Source: a virus (lineage: Duplodnaviria > Caudoviricetes). Taken from it: a stretch of DNA of 62,908 nt. The stretch spans positions 1-62,908 of the IMG/VR virus record IMGVR_UViG_3300046724_000647. One strand, 5' to 3'. How positions within the stretch are numbered: the first letter of the stretch is position 1; the number at the start of each line of letters is the position of its first letter. The position numbers and the translations under genes are program-made. Of the stretch, positions 56,442-62,908 are shown piece after piece. Below the pieces are notes generated by a model, which saw only the letters and a program-made list of their open reading frames with translations, did not search any database and was not told the origin of the DNA.

Positions 56442-56992
56442 CGTTTCCTCCAGACGCCCAACGTGCCTTCGGTGCAGATGTATTCCCATTCCTGATGGGC
56501 CAGCATGTATCGGTTCACGGCCGCCCAGACTCCGGGCAAGCTTTCCCGGCCGTAATCGTGGAACATCGCATATCCACCAACCGAGACGTGCGGTAGAAAA
56601 TGATCGCAATCCCGGTAAACCTGATCTTCCTCATGGTCGCCGTCGATCAAAATGGCGTCGATCGGTGGTGTGACCGTGAATGCGTCACTGATAATCCGGT
56701 GAATCGCGTACAGGGCTCCGGACTCGTCGGCCATCTTCGCCCACGCATCGAAAGCCTCTTGACCATCGGCTTCGTTGAACGGATCCACGCCGGCGTAACT
56801 CAAGCCGTGTTCCCGTGTGACCTGCAGCGCGATCGAACTCGATCGTCCCCACTGTAGCCCCACTTCGATCACCCTGGATCCCGGTGGCAATGACGACAGG
56901 ATGTGGAAGTAAAGCCGGGCCTCGGGTTCTTCGAACGCCGCGCTGGAACTGAAGCGGGATGTGAATAGGTACGCCTCTTCAAATGTCAGCAT
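56438..56992 (-). CDS. SAM methyltransferase (Methyltransf_24-like)
   Basis: IEVGLQWGRS, ILIDGDH, MFHDY. Confidence 0.85.
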   Translation of the reverse strand: MLTFEEAYLFTSRFSSSAAFEEPEARLYFHILSSLPPGSRVIEVGLQWGRSSSIALQVTREHGLSYAGVDPFNEADGQEAFDAWAKMADESGALYAIHRIISDAFTVTPPIDAILIDGDHEEDQVYRDCDHFLPHVSVGGYAMFHDYGRESLPGVWAAVNRYMLAHQEWEYICTEGTLGVWRKR

Positions 56993-57227
56993 CTTTGTTC
57001 CTCTTCCATTGACCAACGTGAACGATCGGGACCGCGATAATGGCGTAGGTGATTTCGTCGAGCCCTTGAATGTATTTCGACATTCGCTCCGCGCTGGCCA
57101 ATTCGAAATTGACCTTCGATAACGCGTCTTTGTACTCCGGATGGATCGATTTGAAATCCAGTGCGTGGGCTCCGGCGCTATGGAAGACGGCATACCAGGT
57201 TTCCAACGGTTTGGGATTATTGCTCAA
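56979..57227 (-). CDS. small hypothetical protein
   Basis: TTG start overlapping the upstream stop. Confidence 0.55.
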   Translation of the reverse strand: MSNNPKPLETWYAVFHSAGAHALDFKSIHPEYKDALSKVNFELASAERMSKYIQGLDEITYAIIAVPIVHVGQWKRNKDADI

Positions 57228-57775
57228 GGTTTCCTCCGAATCGCCAGTCCGTCCCACACACCCAGGTCTTCCCAGCCGGCCGTGAACTTATCCACGGCGA
57301 TGTTCACATCCGGAAAGCAACTGTTGTAATCGTGGAAGCACGCCACGCCGCCGGACTTCACCTTCGGCAGCCAGAGTTCGCAGTCCAGTGAGGGACCGCC
57401 GTCGGGAATGTTGTCGAAGTGGTACGCGTCGATGTGAATCAGGTCCAGCGGTTTGTCGACCAGTGTGGCTCCCTCGGTAGACTTCACTCGAGCGAGGAAA
57501 TAGTCTGCATTAAAGGACTCCATGAGCCCTTGCACCTTCGGTTGGTTTTCAATCAGCACACTTTCCCAACTGTCGACGAGAACGAACGAAACTTTGCGCC
57601 CGACTGTACCCTGAAGCATGACGCTCAGACTCCGCCCCTGATCGACGCCCACTTCGGCAATCGTTCCACCCTTGGGAACATTCAACGCCAGTGCGTAGAG
57701 TTTCTCCGCGCTCAACTGCGTGAACGAACCGGGAATCTTATCGGTGAATGCCCAGACCTCTTCGAATGATTTCAT
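57224..57775 (-). CDS. SAM methyltransferase (Methyltransf_24-like)
   Basis: AEVGVDQGRS, IHIDAYH, CFHDY. Confidence 0.85.
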   Translation of the reverse strand: MKSFEEVWAFTDKIPGSFTQLSAEKLYALALNVPKGGTIAEVGVDQGRSLSVMLQGTVGRKVSFVLVDSWESVLIENQPKVQGLMESFNADYFLARVKSTEGATLVDKPLDLIHIDAYHFDNIPDGGPSLDCELWLPKVKSGGVACFHDYNSCFPDVNIAVDKFTAGWEDLGVWDGLAIRRKP

Positions 57776-57981
57776 CTTCCAGCCCCCTGTTGATTTCCAA
57801 CTTCGACGCCTTCGTTATAGGCTTCGTTCATCCGTTCGCAGATGTATTCAGCCTGTTCTTTGTCTCCGAAGTCAGTGCTGATATGGGTGTCTTTATCGGT
57901 ATCGAGTACAGTCCAAAATCCGCCTTCGTTACAGGTCGGACATGGCTTCTTGGTTTCCTCTACGATGTAGCGTTCGTTCAT
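57772..57981 (-). CDS. small hypothetical protein
   Basis: ATGA overlap; CPTC. Confidence 0.65.
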   Translation of the reverse strand: MNERYIVEETKKPCPTCNEGGFWTVLDTDKDTHISTDFGDKEQAEYICERMNEAYNEGVEVGNQQGAGR

Positions 57982-58718
57982 AGGATTTGTAATGCCCTCG
58001 CCCACGGAATCATGGCCGCGTCTTTTCCCGTTTCCGGATCGGTGTATCCCCCCGACAGGTGCAGGATGCAGGGCCACCTTCCCGTGACCCGGTTGTAGAG
58101 CCGCGGTGTGGGCTCGGTCATTTTCTCTGGCCCGACGGTATCCATGATTTTTGCGTTCACATCCGACACTTGGAAGATGTCGCACCCGCTGTCCAGTTTC
58201 GGACGGAACCAGCCTTGCCGCCAGCCCCTGTAGTATTCGAAACAATCATCACCGGTGAGCCCATCCTGCGACAGCATCCGTTCGAAAGCTTCGATCATCG
58301 CCGGAATCTCGGCAATCATCCCACCGCGGTTTGGATATCGATATGGAATGGATTCGTCAAAGCAGCCGACGTACTTCGACATGTCCGATTCGTTGCCAAG
58401 GCCGATGTATGCAGACATCAGGATCGGTGGTGCTCCCAGTTTCTGGTACTTCTCGACTATTTCCGTCCATGGAGCACAAAGGAAGGCATCCCAGGAATCG
58501 CTAAAACAGTAATGGGAGTAATCGTTGACGATGGTTTTCAGGAAATCCAACTGCATATCCATCATCATTCGTCGGTAACCTTGAAACGCCTGTGTTCCGA
58601 CGCCATACAGTAGTGGTTCGACTCCAAACTTCTCGCACGAACGAAGAAAAATCCATAACTTGCGCCGCGCCTCTTCTTCGGTCGGCCACACTCCGGCGGT
58701 GACAAGGGCCATCTTCAT
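57978..58718 (-). CDS. PLOD/lysyl-hydroxylase-type glycosyltransferase domain protein
   Basis: FSDSWD, YRYPNRGGMIA, DDC, KLDSGCDIFQ, PCILHLSG align by eye to the PLOD GT motifs FTDxYD, YLNSG, DDQ, LDxxxxIFQ, HGNG. Confidence 0.7.
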   Translation of the reverse strand: MKMALVTAGVWPTEEEARRKLWIFLRSCEKFGVEPLLYGVGTQAFQGYRRMMMDMQLDFLKTIVNDYSHYCFSDSWDAFLCAPWTEIVEKYQKLGAPPILMSAYIGLGNESDMSKYVGCFDESIPYRYPNRGGMIAEIPAMIEAFERMLSQDGLTGDDCFEYYRGWRQGWFRPKLDSGCDIFQVSDVNAKIMDTVGPEKMTEPTPRLYNRVTGRWPCILHLSGGYTDPETGKDAAMIPWARALQIL

Positions 58719-59227
58719 GAAGCCTTCTTTCGTTTATTGAGGCGCTGTTCTTCCCACGTTGCCCATTTGCAATTCCCCGGTTCGTAGTTGCCGTTTACCA
58801 GAACGCGTTCGATCGTCCAGTTAGATTCCGGTTTTGGTCCGATGTCCGAAATGAAGTTCTGAAACGAATGTAGCCATCTTTCGCACACTGTAATTCCACG
58901 GCCACCGTAATATTTGTAAGCTTTGTTTTTGGGATTCGTGCATCGAGCGATCATTCCGGCCCACGAATAGTACTCGGTACTCATGACGCCATCAGAGCAG
59001 TGTCCATGCTTCCGCTTGCCCTTTTTGATTAAAGCGATCTTCTGACAACCGCAGCTTTTGACATTCCCAGACTGTAAGTCACCGCCCCGATGGATCATTT
59101 CGCTTCCACAGACGCAACGGCATCTCCATACCGTTCCAGTGAATTTCATTTCTGGCGTGCGGGGTAACTGTGAAACCACAAACAGTGAACCGAATGTCTG
59201 TCCTTTTAACTGAAGGGCTCTATTCAT
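58715..59227 (-). CDS. HNH-type homing endonuclease
   Basis: WRCRCVCG, SCGC, YGGRGITVCERW, NGNYEPGNCKWAT. Confidence 0.9.
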   Translation of the reverse strand: MNRALQLKGQTFGSLFVVSQLPRTPEMKFTGTVWRCRCVCGSEMIHRGGDLQSGNVKSCGCQKIALIKKGKRKHGHCSDGVMSTEYYSWAGMIARCTNPKNKAYKYYGGRGITVCERWLHSFQNFISDIGPKPESNWTIERVLVNGNYEPGNCKWATWEEQRLNKRKKAS

Positions 59228-59906
59228 TGAACACGACCTTCCCTTGCAATCCGTTGGCTTCTATCAGCCTGTCGTTTTGCTCCTTTAATTGGTCGTAACC
59301 GACGATCCTTTCGCCTCGACTGTTTACCAGTCCCGTATGAATGACCATGTGTGGGTTCGAAACCGCAAAGTCGTAACCGAGATTTCTGGCGCGAGAACAG
59401 AATTCGAAATCTTCGCTTCCCGATGGTCCCCCAGGTTCCTGCCAGTAGCCAATCTCATCGAATGAGGTCCAGCGCATAACCATTGCAACCGAACTGATTA
59501 GTAGTGGAAACCTAGCAAAATCGACTGCCTCCCGGGGCTCTTCTATGTTGAATGGATGGCCATACGGACTCATGATTGTTCGATCCAGGCGATCCGCAAT
59601 TTCCTGAATGACGCGGTCCCAGTGCTTGAGAAAAAAGCAATCATCGTCAGCGAACATTACCAAATCCTGTCGGCGGTACTTCGGAATGGATCCGGCGCCG
59701 ATGTTGCGCGCGGCCGAAGCGCCCTGTGCCTTGGTGTTGTGGATGACCGTCGATCCAATCGTGAACATTTCTGGATACAGCGGATCTCCATCGCCGACCA
59801 GAGTGAGCGTATGGTTTTCCCAGACGTCGGCATTATCAACAAGGCTTGAAATTGTTTGCCAAAGCAGGTCTTTCCGTTTGCCAGTACTGATTATTACGAT
59901 GTTCAT
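59220..59906 (-). CDS. glycosyltransferase family 2
   Basis: GASAARNIGA, MFADDD, SEDFEFCSR. Confidence 0.85.
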   Translation of the reverse strand: MNIVIISTGKRKDLLWQTISSLVDNADVWENHTLTLVGDGDPLYPEMFTIGSTVIHNTKAQGASAARNIGAGSIPKYRRQDLVMFADDDCFFLKHWDRVIQEIADRLDRTIMSPYGHPFNIEEPREAVDFARFPLLISSVAMVMRWTSFDEIGYWQEPGGPSGSEDFEFCSRARNLGYDFAVSNPHMVIHTGLVNSRGERIVGYDQLKEQNDRLIEANGLQGKVVFNE

Positions 59907-60124
59907 TCTTCCCAAAAACTTTCTACTTTAGATTCGGTGGCTCCGCGGTGAACCTTCAGCCAGTCGATGAATGTCAGGTAGTCCTCTTTGTCTCTGTCCA
60001 GTTGTCTGTACCACGACCGATAGTCGAGATAAGCGGCATCCATACTCAGATCGTCCGGAACGTCCACCATGTCCGCGCTGGCATCGGTCCAATCGCCACC
60101 GCCCTTTATCAACACACTTTTCAT
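59903..60124 (-). CDS. small hypothetical protein
   Basis: ATGA overlaps at both ends. Confidence 0.7.
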   Translation of the reverse strand: MKSVLIKGGGDWTDASADMVDVPDDLSMDAAYLDYRSWYRQLDRDKEDYLTFIDWLKVHRGATESKVESFWEE

Positions 60125-60678
60125 TTCCGGATGATGACCAACCCGTCATCCCTCCCCTTTTCGCCCTGCCAGAATTCGCCGCCAAACTCATTGACCAGCA
60201 AGGCGCCGTACTGCGGCCAGACGTCCTCGATGACATACAGCGTTCCCACGGGCATGTAGGGAACAAAGAAGTCCGCCGTGGTTCTCTGGTGTTCGTATTC
60301 GTGGGAACCGTCGTCGATGATCACGTCCGGAAATCGCTTGCACATGTAAGCCACCCGCAACAGGTCGATCTCTACGGTCTGGTCGCAAACGATCGACTGG
60401 ATCCGCCCTTCGTTGACCAGCGTGTCTTCTCGAATGTCGCACGCGAAAATCTTGGCGTCGGGAAAGTACTCCTCCCACATGTGGAGACTTGACCCGTGGA
60501 CATACGCCAGACTCCCTAGGAACGGCTGCATCAGGTCTTTGTAGCCGATGCCGAACTCGAGCAACGTTTCCACCTTGCGGTCCTTGAACAACTCCTCGTA
60601 TTTCGGCAAATAGGAGTGCCAATACAGTTTGTCGCTGTGGTACTTCTGGCCCAATTCCATCAGTGTCGGCTTCATCAT
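60121..60678 (-). CDS. MycE/TylE-like sugar O-methyltransferase
   Basis: SDK..HSY, LLEFGIG, GSSLHMWEEYFP, CDQT, IIDDGSH, YVIED. Confidence 0.8.
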   Translation of the reverse strand: MMKPTLMELGQKYHSDKLYWHSYLPKYEELFKDRKVETLLEFGIGYKDLMQPFLGSLAYVHGSSLHMWEEYFPDAKIFACDIREDTLVNEGRIQSIVCDQTVEIDLLRVAYMCKRFPDVIIDDGSHEYEHQRTTADFFVPYMPVGTLYVIEDVWPQYGALLVNEFGGEFWQGEKGRDDGLVIIRK

Positions 60679-61062
60679 TTCCTCTTGAAACTCTTTCTCC
60701 CTGGGCAGGTTCCCCAGTGGTTTTCGAATTCGCCCTTCTCATCCGGCATGTCGAACGGCATCCAGGATCCGTTCGGCGTCACGTACCACTGAATCTGTGC
60801 CGGGCATCCACGGCACTTTCCCTGAGTGCTGTACCTGTACTTCGCGGCCTCGAGCCCCTCTCTAGTCTTTGGTAGTGCTGCCATCTGGACTCTCAATCCG
60901 CCGGCCGTAGAGCCCGTTGGGACGTTCGTCGTATTCCACGTCGTCCTCAGTCGGCCCGATGCACGGACATTCCGCGAAGTCGGTTTTGCAGACAGGACAG
61001 TTGCCGTCCTCGTCGCATTCGAAACTGAATACGACTTTTTCCCATTCGGGTTCTTTGGCCAT
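60675..61062 (-). CDS. two small Cys-rich proteins (60675-60884 and 60862-61062)
   Basis: CRGC...HWGTCP; CPVC...CPCIGPT. Confidence 0.7.
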
Positions 61063-61742
61063 TACTTTCCTCCGCGTCGTCCACCTTTAGGCTTGTTGAT
61101 GTGACTGGCGTCGTCGTTCTCGTCGGGCGCCGCAGCTTCGGCCGGCGTCTTCAGTTTCGCGATATACGCCACTTCGCCGACCGCGCCACCGCGGTCTTTC
61201 TCGCAGAAGTAGTTCTCATGTTCGTCCATGCAGATCGCGACGTCGTCGCACACCGAACAGATCGCCTGTTCCCCGGTGGGCAACTTCATTTGCATGTCCT
61301 CGAACGTGAGGAACAGTTTCTCCTGGTAGAACTTCTCGATCATGTCCATGGAAAGGCTGTTCATGGGAACTTCGGCGCGGAACTCCAGTGTGAAGTTCGG
61401 ATCGTCCGGGTAAATCTTGCGCGCAATCAGGTTCGATATCTGAACCCGCTCCATCATCGTGGCGTACTTCTCCATGGCCGGATCGTCGCTGGGCCGCATC
61501 TCCATCAGTTGCAGGGGGATCTTGCCGATGTTGAAATGCGGCAGATCCATTTCCTGAATCGGGTGTGGCGCGCCGGCTGTATCGAAGGTGAACAGTAGGT
61601 CGGCAATCACCGGCGACAACTCCGCAGCCAGAGCATGTCGGAATGGCGTGATGTAGAAGGTGAAGCGGACTCTTTTGTCTTCTCCCCGTCCTTCGACGGA
61701 AGCTTTCTGCATGAACACGGGCACGTTTGGCGTGCGGAACAT
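61062..61742 (-). CDS. hypothetical protein with C-terminal Zn finger
   Basis: AAGGAG RBS; CSVC...C...FCE. Confidence 0.75.
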   Translation of the reverse strand: MFRTPNVPVFMQKASVEGRGEDKRVRFTFYITPFRHALAAELSPVIADLLFTFDTAGAPHPIQEMDLPHFNIGKIPLQLMEMRPSDDPAMEKYATMMERVQISNLIARKIYPDDPNFTLEFRAEVPMNSLSMDMIEKFYQEKLFLTFEDMQMKLPTGEQAICSVCDDVAICMDEHENYFCEKDRGGAVGEVAYIAKLKTPAEAAAPDENDDASHINKPKGGRRGGK

Positions 61743-61753
61743 AGGTACTCTCC

Positions 61754-62191
61754 TTAAATGTGTTTCGATTGCGCGACTTCAGTGCGCCTCTTAGCTGCGG
61801 ACTTTGCTCCGGCTGGCTGGACGATGTGTATCAAATCGATCAATGCTTTCAGTCGTCCGTCTTCGAGCATGTGACAGCGGCGGCATAAAAATTCGACATT
61901 CGTAGCGTCATTATTCCCAGTGTTTCCGTCTTTGTGATGTCGATCCATTGCCGGCTTATCGCATCGTTGGCATTGGCCGAGATTCTTGAACCTGTACTGC
62001 GCTCGATTTCGACCTGTGGCCGCGGTAATCGAACCAGTTTTCCACATCGGATTACTTGCCCCGAACTTCGAACAAGCGCGTGAGCAGAAACGCTGATACC
62101 GCTTTCCAGTTCGTTTTGCGTCGGCAGAGTTCAACTGAAATGGCAATTCACACCAAATGCAGACGCGGACAACGTTTGGGAGTTTCCTCAT
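61754..62191 (-). CDS. HNH endonuclease
   Basis: FCSRAC; CQRC...HHKDGNTGNN...LCRRCH. Confidence 0.85.
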   Translation of the reverse strand: MRKLPNVVRVCIWCELPFQLNSADAKRTGKRYQRFCSRACSKFGASNPMWKTGSITAATGRNRAQYRFKNLGQCQRCDKPAMDRHHKDGNTGNNDATNVEFLCRRCHMLEDGRLKALIDLIHIVQPAGAKSAAKRRTEVAQSKHI

Positions 62192-62779
62192 TCTGCTCTC
62201 GTCTTTTTTGCGTTTATAGCCTGAACGCACTGACCATATGGGACCAGAGTCGCCTTATGTCTCGGATTTCGACCACCCGGCTGAAGAGACTGGAGGGTAA
62301 GTAAACAAAAACTACACATCCCCGTGTCTTCGTACTTCGAAGCGGCATCCCCGCTCAACCCCAGAGCCATCTTTTTCTTCATTACAACTTCTTCCCCTTG
62401 CGTAGTCCCTTTTCGTTGATATCCGCCAACCACTTCAATTGGCCGCGGGAAACATAGGTACGTTCGTACCGTCGACTGAATCTTGCAATTTGACCAGAGA
62501 AGAAATGTGCGGACGATGCAGCTTTAAAGGTGGCGCCGGCATCCAACTTCTTTCGGATCGACAGGTAATGTTCGTACCCTTTCGCGGATCGTTCGTCGTC
62601 AGTCATAAGGCTTTACTGGACGGCCATCCCTTCGCAACCGATTCCTCAGTTAGATAACCGCCCAGCGCAACCTGAAGGATCGGCCAGCGTTCCTGCCAAT
62701 AATAGTCCCGCTGGCCTCTCCCACGCGAAACACCGGAGACATCCCCCGGCGATTCCCCCTTAGAAGAAGGGAATGTCAT
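62188..62779 (-). CDS. three small hypothetical genes (62188-62382, 62382-62606, 62603-62779)
   Basis: Overlapping stop/start junctions. Confidence 0.6.
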
Positions 62780-62781
62780 CT

Positions 62782-62908
62782 CGTCCACTTCAGATACTCC
62801 CCGTGGAGAACCCACGTCGCGAACGCCGCAAACAGAATCCAGGTCCACCACGGCGTGGTTGCCAGGATATGCTTGCCGTCCATGATCGGCCGGATCCGTT
62901 GTGGTCGT
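62782..62908. repeat. 127-bp terminal overlap (copy 2)
   Basis: Identical to 1-127. Confidence 0.95.

Noticed and set aside
62782-62908. Biological direct terminal repeat
   Set aside because: The length of 127 matches an assembler k-mer and the repeat cuts through a gene; best read as circular overlap.
1-62908. Stop-codon reassignment
   Set aside because: Genes are full length and tightly packed under the standard code, and all three stops are used.

Overview
A complete, circularly assembled tailed-phage genome of about 62,781 bp. Bases 1-127 recur exactly at 62782-62908, and a 47-codon gene reads across the junction. The late module looks podovirus-like: terminase, portal, scaffold, capsid, adaptor/nozzle, fibres and three ejection-type proteins, with no tape measure or sheath recognisable. 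Layout: (i) a leftward recombination block (SMC-like ATPase, putative annealing protein, Cas4-like nuclease) continuing across the junction into a 9.5-kb block of 5 glycosyltransferases and 5 SAM methyltransferases; (ii) a rightward replication block (XRE regulator, initiator with iterons, loader-like protein, RuvC-like resolvase, two Ig-like proteins); (iii) a leftward early block (DUF932-like, beta-clamp-like) and a rightward G-rich block that diverge from a probable genome-end region at 13.1-13.9 kb; (iv) the late operon at about 20.3-51.4 kb. Eight HNH-type genes are present. I found no integrase, DNA polymerase, helicase, reverse transcriptase or CRISPR array, and the host cannot be determined from the sequence. 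The most novel signal is a dense layer of apparent RNA-level control. It includes a ~60-nt antisense-encoded sRNA in the late region complementary to the SD+AUG regions of several early genes, a promoter-terminator RNA with an anti-SD loop before the capsid genes, and a C4-like leader on the initiator. It also includes two non-canonical tRNA-like folds and a long structured leader before a terminase that appears to start at ATC. Other highlights are an apparently split nozzle gene whose N-terminal piece carries Ig domains, a DNA methyltransferase frameshifted at a G9 tract, and a glycan/O-methylation cluster with a PLOD-like enzyme. All family calls come from motif recognition by eye, not database searches.
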